Assembly: GCA_964016885.1 (NCBI GenBank)
Contig: OZ024755.1
Coordinates: forward strand, 24,800,001-24,864,000
Length of the DNA stretch: 64,000 bases
Origin: Eledone cirrhosa
Lineage: Eukaryota
Direction of reading: 5' to 3'
A program made the position numbers and the translations under genes. This document shows positions 1-12,894 of this stretch, piece by piece. The notes under the pieces were generated by a model, which did not search any database, was not told where the DNA came from, and saw nothing but the letters and a program-made list of their open reading frames with translations. How positions within the stretch are numbered: the stretch's first letter is position 1; each line of letters starts with the position of its first letter.

Positions 1-1019
1 GAAATGTTTATTAGATGTGTGTCGATGGGGTGGGGTGAGAAGTATTGTCTTGCATCAGTTATAATGTGTTTCGTGTTTAATTTATCGATCTCGAAAGTAT
101 GAAATGTAAAGTGAAATGTAAAGACATTTGAATTAATTATTTATGATCCGGAAGGTTTAAAAATCAAAGTCGATCTTGGTGAGATTTGAACTCAGAACGC
201 TGTGTGATGAAACCAAAGGCTGCAATACTTTTAGCCCCATGTTGTACAGCTTCTGTTGCTCGCCACCCCGAGACAACACGTTAGCTTATAGTAGGGTATT
301 CCTTAATTAAATTTATTTAAGTAGCGATCATGGTTTATTCATTCAACGATCATGGTTTATTCACACAGCGCTTCATATGTGACAGACCAACCTTATATAC
401 ATCACACACATCAAGCCAAACATTAACTACCACAAACATACTGCCACACCACAATGAACGTAAACCACTGAAAAACGGAGAAATACTAAAAATTTGAAAA
501 TCGATTAAAGGTGTTTATTATTTTTTCAATTTATAGGGAAATTCATATTTTTTGGCATGTTTACACGATAAAACTGATACAAAAAGTCTTATTAGCTTCA
601 CGCTTTATATGGAAAAGGGGGAAGAAAGTTCGACGTGTCGGGCTTTAGCCCTTCTTCAGGAGTACTAAAAATAGAGACAGGATCATAAAGAATAAACACA
701 CACACATATCTCCGGCGAAATTTTATTTTATGTGGTAACATGTTAATTACATTTCTTTAGACATAGAAAACATTATACATGACAAAATTACATTACAAGA
801 AATCCTATACGTTTTAAAATAAATAGGATGGTTTGGGATCTCAATATGTAAACTAAACGATTAATTTTGGTTTTAAAAAATCAAGGGAGACAACCTAGAA
901 AAACTACCACTCCCCCACGTTTAACCGCCCCCCCCCCCCCCTCATCATTTGGGACACGAGAATATGTTCTATTACGTTGTTGAGCAGAGATGTGGAAAGA
1001 AAAATAAATACGTACATCA

Positions 1020-1264
1020 GGTAAGATTTAATAATTATTTCTACTATAAGCACAAGGCCAGCAATTTTGTGGAAGAGGAAAGTCGATTAAATCGACCCCA
1101 CTACATTACTTTATTTTATCGACCCCGTAATGATGAAAGGCAAAGCTAACCTAGGCGGTATTTGAACTCAGACCGTAATTGGCCGTAACTCTATACTGCA
1201 AAGCATGGTGTCCGACCCTCTACCGATTCTGCCAATCCACCGCCCTAAGGTAAGATTTAATAAT
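1020..1264 (-). mobile_element. SINE copy (abundant tRNA-related family) with 16-bp target-site duplication
   Basis: Family core (ttttatcgaccccg..atgaaaggcaaag..aacct.ggcgg.atttgaactcaga) recurs more than 10 times in the window. The direct repeat ggtaagatttaataat flanks it at 1020-1035 and 1249-1264. Confidence 0.85.
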
Positions 1265-1339
1265 ACGAACAATTACGTTAATTCTGATTACATGGTAAAG
1301 ATAATCCATTTCAGTGATGTTGCAGTGGTTTTGTCCTTC

Positions 1340-1520
1340 TCTTGAGTGCTAATGGTAGCATGTAACCCAGTACAACCTCTCGCATGGTCGGGACGTCGGC
1401 GACTAAACCGGCAACCCCACCAAGTTTACTTGGTGAGGAGGGTGATTTTGGATACCCTGCGAGACAAAAAACAAAACCTTACAAAAGATGGAAGAACTCA
1501 TAAAAGTCAACGGCCAACTA
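1340..1520 (+). repeat. Dispersed GC-rich repeat, probably a retroelement leader
   Basis: gagtgcta..ggta.catgtaacccagtacaac..gtcggcgactaaaccggcaacccca..cttggtgaggagggt also occurs at 32500-32690 (+) and 23240-23405 (-). Confidence 0.75.
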
Positions 1521-1546
1521 AAAAAAAAAAAAAAAATCCTGCCAAA

Positions 1547-1806
1547 TCAATGGATGGCAGTAGTTCCAGCTGTATGTATCGAAAGATTGGTGTAGTGGTT
1601 CTGAGAACTTGGAGTAACTCCGGACCGGTTTGATATTTGATTGTATCTGCGCATCGTTATGAAAATTACAACAGCATTGAAAACCACAAATATTCCACCA
1701 ACAACAATGAACGCTATATTCCATGGCAGTACTTCAGGAATACTTGCTGGCCTTTCAGTTTCGACTTTATTTTCTATAGTCGTATTCTCGGTTGAAAATA
1801 TTTCTC
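1547..1806 (-). CDS. Gene A terminal exon: small single-pass membrane protein (ectodomain stub, TM helix, tail)
   Basis: Minus-strand acceptor ttacttcttatatttcag|GA at 1806 (phase 1). Reads (G)EIFSTENTTIENKVETERPASIPEVLPW-NIAFIVVGGIFVVFNAVVIFITM-RRYNQISNRSGVTPSSQNHYTNLSIHTAGTTAIH*: a hydrophobic helix followed by RR. It has no ATG of its own, so the ORF track misses it. Confidence 0.7.
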
Positions 1807-2094
1807 CTGAAATATAAGAAGTAAATGTAATTTAAAAAGAAAGGAATGGTTGTCTTTTCACGCACACACACATGTCATCATCATCATCATCATCATCATC
1901 ATTTAACGTCCATCTTCCACGCTAGCATGGGTTAGACGGTTTTGTTCCGTTTGATGCGGGAGTGGCCGGGAGACCGTGTCTCGCTCGTACGGAAGTGTCT
2001 CTGGCAGGTTTTTTACGGTTGGCCTTCATAACACCAGCCATATTTACAGTGTGGATTGACAGCCTTTTTACCGTGTCTCCTACACGACCACCTT

Positions 2095-2151
<57 letters not shown>

Positions 2152-2438
2152 TGTATATATATCATAAAACATGTCTATAGAATCACCAGATAAAATATAT
2201 ACCGTTTCTTCTCCCAATTAGCATAATTAACCATATAAAAAATCAATTAGACCAAGCTATAAGAATAAAGGCTCCTATGAAGAAATCTCCGACAAATAAC
2301 CGAAAGCAGCCTCTTCGCGGCGGTTGCGACGGAGTATTTATCGAATATTTCGACAGCATGTATAAATCGACTAGATATACAGTCAACTAAACAGAATTAG
2401 GTGTAAAATAAACTAGAAGAAAAGTGTACACATTTAAT

Positions 2439-2518
2439 TACCTCTACCATGGTTTCGTCCGCATTTTAAGACATCCGATAACATTGGATATCTAGAGCTT
2501 CGGATTCTTCAGGAGTTA
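2439..2518 (-). ncRNA. Hammerhead ribozyme-like motif (type I, PLE-like)
   Basis: Minus strand: taactc-CTGAAGA-atccg...cggac-GAAA-CCATGG-TA-gaggta. Both core boxes, stem II, a palindromic stem III and stem I pairing are present. Confidence 0.6.
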
Positions 2519-2869
2519 GCTCAAATTTAGACAATTAAGTTTCCAAAGTGATCGCGCCAAGAATACATTCAAAAATGGCTAAGAATCGTGACGTGGCAGC
2601 GGTCAAGTTAGAAAGGATGTGATTAGTTGCTTACGGCTGGTAGGCTTTTTGCTAGAAAGCGCAGCCCAATACAGCCAAAATTGTATCTCAACCTATTAAT
2701 TCTTCATTGAGCTACAAAGTGACCCGTTGCAAAACACATATATATCTACGACTTTATATATATATATATGTAAACCTTTATATATGTATATATATATATA
2801 TATACATATATATACATACATCTTCAATTCAGTCTTCGTGCCAACCCTTACCTACGGTTATTAATCTTG

Positions 2870-3290
2870 GGTAATGACTGAAAGAATATGATCAAGAAAG
2901 CAAGAGACCAAAATGGAGTTCCTCCGAAGGGTCTTTGGAGTAACATTACTCAATAGAGTGCGTAGCTTGGAGATCAGAGAGTCACTCCAAGTAGAGCCAC
3001 TACTTCTCTGAATTGAGAGACCACAGCACCAATACTATGGGCATGAGGTTAGAATGTCTCAGAAAAGAATCGCTGGGCAGATTTTATGGGCAAAATCAGC
3101 CGGCAGGAGTTCCAGGGTTCACCCGAAGCAAGATGGTTGGATAACATCCATGAGCTTGGCTGGTTTCGCTTGGGAATCCAACCAGATCAGTTGGAGCTGG
3201 TTGCTTCTGACAGGACCCACTGGAAAGAGTTTGAGGTCTTTGACCCCGAGCCTCTCAGGAATAAGTGGGCGAAGAAGAAGAGTCATTATA
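2870..3290 (+). mobile_element. RTE-clade LINE 3' fragment (degenerate)
   Basis: Translates to TKMEFLRRVFGVTLLNRVRSLEIRESLQVEPLLL*IERP..YYGHEVRMSQKRIAGQILW..., typical of the RTE C-terminus, and ends in a gaagaag tail. Confidence 0.85.
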
Positions 3291-3806
3291 TTTTGTGTGG
3301 TGTGTTTTTGCCTAGTGTAGGCACTCTTGGGTCTTGAATAATGCCCCCCACCAACTCGCTTATTAACGTTTCTGATCCCCAACCCCGCTTATGTGTGTGT
3401 GCTAATCTATCTCTAACAACAATTTATTTTAAGTGGGAACATTCCTATGTTAATTAATTTTCTTTAGACATTAGACATTAAAAAACATTATACATGACAA
3501 CAAAGTAAATGACAAGAAATCCCATATGTTATAAAATAAATAGGAAGGTTTGGGTTCTCTATGTAAACTAAACAACTAATTCTGTTTTTTTTTTTAAATC
3601 AAGGGCGATAATCCAGAAAAATCATCGATTTTCCACCCAGACTTATTCCAACCCCTTGCTTATTCCAACACCCTGCTTATTCCAACACCTTGCTTATTCC
3701 AACCCCCCTATTATAATAATTATTTGGGACCTGAGAGTTTGTTGTATTTCGTTGGTAGGCAGAGATTTGAAGGGAAAAATAAATACATATATCAGTTTGT
3801 CCCTAC

Positions 3807-3879
3807 CTGTGGCAATAAGTATGAAGAATCCAAGTAAAAGACATGCTTGCTGTGGTATATTATGTAGAGATAGTTCCAT
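3807..3879 (-). CDS. Gene A first coding exon: signal peptide
   Basis: ATG at 3879 gives MELSLHNIPQQACLLLGFFILIAT plus G|gtaggg donor (phase 1), in frame with the 1806 acceptor. An upstream acceptor (atattccag|) at 3969 implies a short 5'UTR. Joined protein is 110 aa. Confidence 0.65.
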
Positions 3880-4799
3880 CGGATCGGTTTCTCTTAATTC
3901 TGGTCTTCCCAAGGAATGGCACTGGCACTTGTTTTAGTCAGGTTTGAATTGATTTTAATTCAAATATAGCTGGAATATATATACTACTGAAATTATGCAT
4001 TAGCCCATTCTTCACGCCCCGCCTCTCCATCTAGTTCTCTTTCTCTCTAATATTCTCTTCCTGCCTTTATATCCCTCCCCACTCTCTTTCTGCCTCTCTC
4101 TCTCACTCACAACCGACACACATTCTATTGTCATTACATCATTTTTAATTTTCACACTTACATACATGCATATACATATACTCATAACTCATACACACTC
4201 ACATACACTTACATACACACTCATGTATACACCCATACACACATATTTGCATACATGCACTTACACATATATACAAGCATATACATATATACAAACATTT
4301 GCACATAGACACACTATAGACACACATATATACACTTGTATATACAACCATATAGAGACACATAAATGTACCAGCAATGACATATTTCTCGGTCTTCAAA
4401 AAGGATGGACAAGTATGCATTCTACTAACATAATAGCCATCTAATTCTGATTATAATATTAACTTTTACTTTCTCTTTAGATCTGAAAATTAGGGCGATG
4501 CAGTCTTAGAATCAGTCGAGCATCATTGAGTGTGCGTTGATAATTAGTTACGCCCCTTTACGTTTTGAGTTCGAATTTGCCTTTTATGCTTTTAGTGTCG
4601 ATAAAAAAATACCAAAAGCTAATGAGTTTTCGATAAGGTGGGAAGCATGATCTTCTACAAGACGCAAACCTCAGAGACGTGCATTACTGAGCATTTAAAG
4701 GTCACAAATTTTAAAAAATTTAAGTTAATTAAATTAAATATATAATTTTCTGCGATCAATAAATCACTAATAACTTTGATGTATAGCAGCTTTATGGAA

Positions 4800-5620
4800 A
4801 TATCCAGGTACACATTGTAGGTGTAGTTTAAGGTGCTATATACAGAGGCACGCATTTTAGAGCTAACCTAGGGGGCTAAATACCCAGGCTCATAATGTAT
4901 ATCTAATCTATGATGCTAAATATCCAGGCCCATATTGTAGAGGTAATCAAGGACGCTAAATTTACCAGTAAACTTTGTACAGCTAACTAAGGGTGCTCAA
5001 ACCCCAGGTATATATTGTAGAGCTAATCAAGGATGTTAAATTTACCAGTAAACTTTGTACAGCTAACTAAGGGTGCTCAAACCCCATGTATATATTGTAG
5101 AGCTAATCAAGGATGCTAAATTTGCCAGTAAACTTTGTACAGCTAACTAAGGGTGCTCAAACCCCATGTATATATTGTAGAGCTAATCAAGGATGCTAAA
5201 TTTGCCAGTAAACTTTGTACAGCTAACTAAGGGTGCTCAAACCCCATGTATATATTGTAGAGCTAATCAAGGATGCTAAATTTGCCAGTAAACTTTGTAC
5301 AGCTAACTAAGGATGCTCAAACCTCAGGTATATATTGTAGAGCTAATCAAGGATGCTAAATTTGCCAGTAAACTTTGTACAGCTAACTAAGGGTGCTCAA
5401 ATCCCAGGTATATATTATAGAGCTAACAAAGTATGCTAACTACCCAGGCTCTATTGTAGAGCTAGCCTAATGCGCTAAATATTGAAGTACATATTGTAGA
5501 GCTAGTCAAGGGTGCTAAAAATCCAGGTTCATATTGTAGAGCTAAACAAGGGTGTTAAATTCCCAGCCACATATTGTAGAGCTAGCCAGAATTCTCAGGC
5601 TCACAATGCAAGGCTAGCCA
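4800..5620. repeat. Minisatellite, 80-bp dimer of a ~40-bp unit
   Basis: ggatg(c/t)taaattt recurs at 5031, 5111, 5191, 5271 and 5351. Degenerate 40-bp monomers flank the array. Confidence 0.9.
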
Positions 5621-5790
5621 AATTATATATTTAATCTAATTATATAATTTGTATAAAACTGACCCTTTAAGTTTAAGTAATGTACCTCTCTCAGGTCTGT
5701 GTCATATGCAATTGCCTATTTGGCCTTAATGGTAATGCTGGCCCTGATATTGGTGTCATGTCATAGCCAGCTGCCTAGAAGGACTTATAT

Positions 5791-7420
5791 ATGTGCCACT
5801 GAAGCAGCCAGTCGTTGGGGTTCCACTCAAGATGTGCCACTGAAGCAGCCAGTCGTTGGGGTTCCACTCTAGATGTGCCACTGAAGCAGCCAGTCGTTGG
5901 GGTGCCACTCAAGATGTGCCACTGAAGCAGCCAGTCGTTGGGGTTCCACTCTAGATGTGCCACTGAAGCAGCCAGTCGTTGGGGTGCCACTCAAGATGTG
6001 CCACTGAAGCAGCCAGTCGTTGGGGTTCCACTCTAGATGTGCCACTGAAGCAGCCAGTCGTTGGGGTGCCACTCAAGATGTGCCACTGAAGCAGCCAGTC
6101 GTTGGGGTGCCACTCTAGATGTGCCACTGAAGCAGCCAGTCATTGGGGTGCCACTCTAGATGTGCCACTGAAGCAGCCAGTCGTTGGGGTGCCACTCTAG
6201 ATGTTCCACTGAAGCAGCCAGTCATTGGGGTGCCACTCTAGATGTGCCACTGAAGCAGCCAGTCATTGGGGTGCCACTCTAGATGTGCCACTGGTGCAGC
6301 CAGTCATTGGGGTGCCACTCTAGATGTGCCACTGGTGCAGCCAGTCTTTGGGGTGCCACTCTAGATGTGCCACTGAAGCAGCCAGTCGTTGGGGTGCCAC
6401 TCTAGATGTGCCACTGAAGCAGCCAGTCGTTGGGGTCCACTTTAGATGTGCCACTGGTGCAGCCAGTCGTTGGGGTCCACTTTAGATGTGCCACTGGTGC
6501 AGCCAGTCGTTGGAGTGCCACTCTAGATGTGCCACTGAAGCAGCCAGTCATTGGGGTGCCACTCTAGATGTGCCACTGGTGCAGCCAGTCTTTGGGGTTC
6601 CACTTTAGATGTGCCACTGAAGCAGCCAGTCGTTGGGGTGTCACTCTAGATGTGCCACAGAAGCAGCCAGTCGTTGCAGTGCCACTCTAGATGTGCCACT
6701 GAAGCAGCCAGTCGTTGGGGTCCACTTTAGATGTGCCACTGGTGCAGCCAGTCGTTGGGGTCCACTTTAGATGTGCCACTGGTGCAGCCAGTCGTTGGAG
6801 TGCCACTCTAGATGTGCCACTGAAGCAGCCAGTCATTGGGGTGCCACTCTAGATGTGCCACTGGTGCAGCCAGTCTTTGGGGTGCCACTTTAGATGTGCC
6901 ACTGAAGCAGCCAGTCGTTGGGGTGTCACTCTAGATGTGCCACAGAAGCAGCCAGTCGTTGCAGTGCCACTCTAGATGTGCCACTGAAGCAGCCAGTCGT
7001 TGGGGTCCACTTTAGATGTGCCACTGGTGCAGCCAGTCGTTGGGGTCCACTTTAGATGTTCCACTGGTGCAGCCAGTCGTTGGAGTGCCACTCTAGATGT
7101 GCCACAGAAGCAGCCAGTCATTGGGGTACCACTCTAGATGTTCCACTGGTGCAGCCAGTCTTTGGGGTGCCACTCTAGATGTGCCACTGAAGCAGCCAGT
7201 CGTTGGGGTCCACTTTAGATGTGTCGTTGGGGTGCCACTCTAGATGTGCCACTGAAGCAGCCAGTCATTGGGGTGCCACTCTAGATGTGCCACTGAAGCA
7301 GCCAGTCGTTGGGGTCCACTTTAGATGTGCCACTGGTGCAGCCAGTCGTTGGGGTGCCACTCTAGATGTGCCACTGAAGCAGCCAGTCGTTTGGGTACCA
7401 CTCTAGATGTGGCACTCTAG
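5791..7420. repeat. 41-bp GC-rich minisatellite, about 40 copies
   Basis: Unit atgtgccactgaagcagccagtcgttggggtgccactctag is repeated head to tail with point variants and no spacers. Confidence 0.95.
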
Positions 7421-7540
7421 AAGCTTTCTCAGTCAGTCGTCACCATAGGTCTTTATATGTCATCATGCGTAGAAAGGTCTCGGTGTTGTGACCAGTCCAG
7501 TCTTTGATGTTGTCAGGTCAAACACATCATATCTATCTAT

Positions 7541-8119
7541 CTAAGGCGGGTAAAATTCCCGAGATCCATGGACGAGTTCTCTCCAGCGGTCTCTGTCCCT
7601 CATTATCGCTGCCATGTCCTGCACCTCCAACAGACCAGTGTCTGTCCTTAGGGCATCAACATACGTTAACCTTGGTCTTCCTCTTCTAGTGTGTTCATGT
7701 AGGGGCTCCCAAAGGAGCACTGAGTGCAATGTCAACTCTGCATGTCGGTGAGCATGTCCAGCCAACCTCAGTCTCCTCTGTGTCACTTTTGAGCTGACTT
7801 TTGGGATGCTCCCATACAGCTCTGAGTTTTTCATCCTCAGTGTATACTGATTAATGTTCAGAGCCATCCTCAGCATTCTCGTGTAGCACCCATCCACCAT
7901 CTGAGTGAGTTTCTTGGTCAGTGTCCAAGTCTCAGACCCATACAGCAGCACAGACTCCACTACAGCAATGAAAAGGCGGATTTTCAGGTCTCTACGAAGG
8001 TCCGACTTCCACACCGATCTCAAACTGTGGCACGCCGCCCAGGCCTTGCTCTTCCTCTCAACCACATCATCTTCCGTATTCCCAATCTTTGCTCCCAAAT
8101 ACAGGAAGTCCTCAACCAA
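7541..8119 (-). mobile_element. RTE-like LINE ORF 3' fragment
   Basis: ORF VEDFLYLG...KIRLFIAVVESVLLYGSETWTLTK...RRLRLAGHAHRH...RGRPRLTY...DRDRWR matches the RT thumb/C-terminal signature of RTE elements. Confidence 0.92.
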
Positions 8120-8229
8120 TATATCAAGTAATTGTTTCTACTTTGGGCACAAGGCCAGCAAATAACGAGTGTATTACTCGTACTTTGCAAGTAATGATAC
8201 AGAAACATCATTAATAGAAACATTTTATT

Positions 8230-9310
8230 CAACACACTGGTGTATATGTGTATGTGCCTGTGTGGATGTGCATATGAGTATATGTGTGTGCCTGTGTGTA
8301 TGTGCATATGTGTATGTGTGTGTGCATGTATATATATGCATATGCACACATTTATATGTATGAGTATATAAATATAAACGTGCAAACACAGACACACTTA
8401 CAAAAATACACACTCACAGACATACACATACACACGCAAACACACACACCCACAAACACACACATATACATTCACACGAACACATACATTCACACAAACA
8501 CATACACTCATAATCAGCATTGCAAAGGGAACGCCAGCCACTGTTTTGCTATAGTTTTTTTCACTATCCCTTTCCTTCCTTTTACACACACATACATTCA
8601 TACACACACACATACATTCAGACAAACACACACACATACATTCACGCAAACACATACGTTCACACAAACACACACATACATTCACACAAACACATACACA
8701 CATATATTCACACACACACGTTCACACAAACACACACATACATTCACACAAACACACACACACATACATTGATACAAACACACACACATTCACACAAACG
8801 CACACATACATTCACACACACACATTCACACAAACACGCACACATACATTCACCCAAACACACACACATACATTCACACAAATACACACACACACAAACA
8901 TGCATTCACAAAAACACATACATTCACACACACATACATACATTCAGACAAACACACACACACATACATTCACACAAACACACACACATGCAGTCACACA
9001 AACACACAGATATATTCACACAAATACACACATACATTAACACACACACACATACATTCACCCAAACACACACATACATTCATACAAACACACACACACA
9101 CACATACATTCACACATACATTCACACACACATTCACACAAACACACACATACATATATTCACACACACACACACATACATTCACCCAAACACACACACA
9201 TACATTCACACACACACACACATACATTCACCCAAACACACACACATACATTCACACAAACACATATATTCACACACACACATTCACACACACACACAAA
9301 CACACACATA
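8230..9310. repeat. CA-rich low-complexity microsatellite block
   Basis: Degenerate (CA)n and cacatacattcacacaaa repeats; source of the H/T-rich spurious ORFs. Confidence 0.9.
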
Positions 9311-10055
9311 TTGTGTGATGGACTCTAATTTATACATAGATTCAGTGGAGTATTTTTCATATAAAGTAACCTACAATCTGTTTATTTTATTGTATTCATT
9401 TTATTCCAATTTGAATTTGTTGAAAATCTATTTTTATATAAAAGGAATTGTTTGAGAACAAGAAACAGGGTCAAATGATACTGTATTAATAGCAAGATAT
9501 GGTCTCATTGTGTTTTCTAACACATTACTAGTTTGTTATAGAAACCAAGTCTTATTGTATTGTTGTTAATATATATCAAGGTTAAATATTTCTCAAGTGA
9601 TAAACTGTCCTCAATAATTTATGTAATAGTAGTAATAAGTCGTGTTACTTGACAGGTTTCCTTCGATCATATCACATTTGTATTTCTATTTGAGCTGCGA
9701 TTTGAATGACGCATTGGAAATGATTTAATGAAAGTTGAATGGAAAAAAATGTGTAAAAACCCATCGCTTGTATACACACATACACATACACGCGTGCACA
9801 CACACAGACCCCCCCCCCCCATATATATGTGTGTGTGAGGTGGTGGTGGTGGTGGCGGGGGGGGGGGGGGGGTTGTTACAGGAGCAACGGGAACCCGCAA
9901 AATGAGATTTATCTCAGCGATGCAGTAAAAATATATACTATCCCTTATATATATATATTTAAGAGTTAAACAAGATTCAATGAATACATCAAAGAATGAG
10001 TTTTACAATAGATTGGAAGCACTCTACAGAAAATGTTTTCCAAAGTTATTAATAT

Positions 10056-10379
10056 TAATTCAAAATATTAACAAAATAGATATTCTTGTGATCAATTACA
10101 TCTTATTATACATATTTCAGAGGTACTGAATTAAGTTCAACAGTACGTCCTCATCAGATAAAATAAAATGATACATGACATATCCTGACATGGTAGATGG
10201 TTAAGATTTAATCACTACCTTGATTAAATCTTAACCATCTACCATGTCAGGGTATGTCATGTATCATTTTATTTTATCTGATGAGGACGTACTGTTGAAC
10301 TTAATTCAGTACCTCTGAAATATGTATAATAAAATATAATTGATCACAAGAATATCTATTTTGTTAATATTTTGAATTA
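10056..10379. repeat. Long inverted repeat (159-bp arms, 6-nt spacer), each arm carrying a hammerhead-like core
   Basis: 10056-10214 is the near-perfect reverse complement of 10221-10379. CTGATGA...GAAA-TATG-TA lies at 10278-10326 and is mirrored in the left arm. Confidence 0.9.
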
Positions 10380-10451
10380 CCAGTAATACACTGGATAATT
10401 GCTGGCCTTGTGCCTAAAGTAGAAACAATTATATTTATATAATATTTTGAA

Positions 10452-10489
<38 letters not shown>

Positions 10490-10490
<1 letters not shown>

Positions 10491-10680
10491 AAATCCCAGT
10501 AGAAGGAAGACGCAGTAGAGGAAGACCACCAAAAACATGGGCGGAGGTGGTGAGAGCAGACCTCAGATCGCTGAAGCTCACGGAGGAGATGACGAAGGAC
10601 CGTGATAAGTGGAGAGATGCTGTGCTGAATAGAACCCGTCCCACCCTTGCAAGCAGGGAAAAGCGGACGTAAAATGATGA
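10490..10680 (+). mobile_element. RTE LINE 3' end fragment
   Basis: Translates to EIPVEGRRSRGRPPKTWAEVVRADL...DRDKWRDAV, followed by a gacgtaaaatgatgat tail. Confidence 0.8.
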
Positions 10681-10805
10681 TATATATATATGGTTTATGT
10701 CTTAAACACATAAAAGTTGCTACCTCCAATTTCAAACACTGCATGTATGCTACATTGCACAATTGCGCATATACATGTGAAGCTATCTTTCAGGCATCTG
10801 TAATA

Positions 10806-10861
<56 letters not shown>

Positions 10862-12198
10862 GTATCATAATACATATTTCTGTGATCTATCATCTGACCA
10901 TGACACAAGACTTTGGTGGTGTCATCAGGTGTAAATTGCAAATATTAGCTAATCAATTACAGGATTACAGCAAACATATATGGATTATAAAACGGACCCC
11001 TTCCCCCAATAAAAAAACAGACCCCCCCCCCCAAAAAAAAAATAGAACTTCTCCCAATTTTAATTCTCTGTTTATGTTTTGGTTATATTTATTGGTGGCG
11101 AATTGGCAGAGTCATTAAGACGTCGGATAGAATGCTTTACGGTATTCGCCCCACCTCATTCCTCGTTCTGAGTTCAAACCCCACCATGGTCTATTTTGCC
11201 TTTCATCCTTTCGAGGTCGATAAAAAAAGAACCAGTCCAGTACTGGGGTCAATTCTTCCTCTATAGAAAAAATCGGCTGGGTTCAGCAGACCTGGAGAGG
11301 GTTGGGTTCCCCTTGGTTTAAAAGTGCCCTAGACACGCCGTGTGACGGTGTCTCTACGTCCACAAGCAGTTATGGGATCTTGATCCTTTTTATATTAATT
11401 CACCATGGCAAGATTTGTACTCAGATAACAGTGAACTGGAATAAATACCAAAACCTATAATTCGATCCGTTAACGACTCTGACGATTCGTCAATCATTAA
11501 CGAATATAAATTAATGAGCAGCTATTGTTGTTGTTATGCTGGTGGTGGTTTTCCACAGGCTTCTGCAATTTCTGACTCCCAAATTTTTAGTCAATTCACA
11601 ACTGTAGTAGAAGACTCTTCATTAAGGTGTCACTCTGTTGGAGTGAATCAGAATCTATGTGGTTGCGAAGTGTCTGTGTATGTGTTTGTCCCATAACTTT
11701 GTTTAGGTTCTGGTTCAAGAGAAAAAGATGATCGACAAAATAATTGTCAGATTTGAAAAAATAAATATTGGGGTCGATATATAACCAACTAAATCAAGGT
11801 GTTATTCCAGTATGGCCGCAATCAAATGCCTGAAACCATCACAAGGAATAAAAGAATATATTCATCATCCTGTCTCCAAGCTCTTTTGTTTCTTTAACGG
11901 TTGAGTTTTATTGTTACAACTGTACAAATATACAGCAGTCATTAACAGAGATAAATTGTTCGGTACTTGAATAAACTGAGAATTTTGTAAAATCAAAATC
12001 CTGTTGGCCGTGATGTGACGATGGTGTCAAAGGAGTCCTGTCCTTGCACGTGAATTGGGTATTTTAATGCTAGCGGAGCACGTCTGTCTCCAGGTCTGAA
12101 CACAGTTGATCTCTACCAGAGAAGGAAAGAAGGAAGAGCTGGAGAAAGCGATAAAAAGAGATCGAAGAAGAATCTATCCCAGTACTGGCTGATACTAT

Positions 12199-12507
12199 CA
12201 GGGTTGGATTTAAACCTTGCGGGAGCCCGGGACACTTCAAGTTTGGGGTGGGGCCCCTCATACATAAAACACTAGAATACACAACAAACCATCCAATTTT
12301 ACATAACAAAGTTAGCTTGGTGCAAGTAATTGGAATTGAAAAGTTATACATACAGATATTAAATTTAAAAATTCTAACCATCCTAAAACTAAAATGCCCT
12401 AAACTAAAAGGGCACAAATAAATTGCTACGGCCATCGCTGCTGGAGACCCCCACTGCAGGGAGCCCGGGGCAATTGCCTCCTTTACCAGGTATTAAATCC
12501 AGCCCTG
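12199..12507. mobile_element. MITE with terminal inverted repeats, inserted in a SINE
   Basis: TIRs cagggttggatttaa / ttaaatccagccctg and an imperfect 8-bp TSD (gatactat / ggtagtat), hAT-like. A partial second copy lies at about 17295-17505. Confidence 0.7.
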
Positions 12508-12894
12508 GGTAGTATATTTATCGACCTCAGAACAAGTACCGAAACATTTAATTCGCGCACTTAACGACTCTCGCAATTGATTTCATTAAAACGAACGAAG
12601 ACAATTTGCAGCTATTGTTTTACCGGAATTAGAGCTAAACAATTATTATATTATCTCCACCGCATCTACTAAACTATATGGATGAACCAATAGCAATCCA
12701 GTGAATAAAGACAATCCTTTTCTTTGCTAAACCTAAAAATGGAATGTGTAAAATTTATCAAGAACATTTTCCGAGAATTGTAAATGTTATTATTGTAAAG
12801 CAAAGTTCCTTCTGGTCTTATTTTTTACATCTAAATAGTGTTAAAGTTTGACAATTTTATAGTTATTTTTTATTCTTTTATACATATAGTATTA

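Noticed and set aside
1011-1035. cag|gtaaga donor-like site as an exon end
   Set aside because: It coincides with a SINE target-site duplication and has no credible upstream coding exon.
5791-7420. 41-bp array (and the 61-bp array at 42915-44960) as a CRISPR array
   Set aside because: Units are head to tail with no unique spacers, there are no cas genes, and the context is eukaryotic.
8284-9455. Long H/T-rich ORFs (162 and 311 aa)
   Set aside because: Translations of a CA-rich microsatellite.
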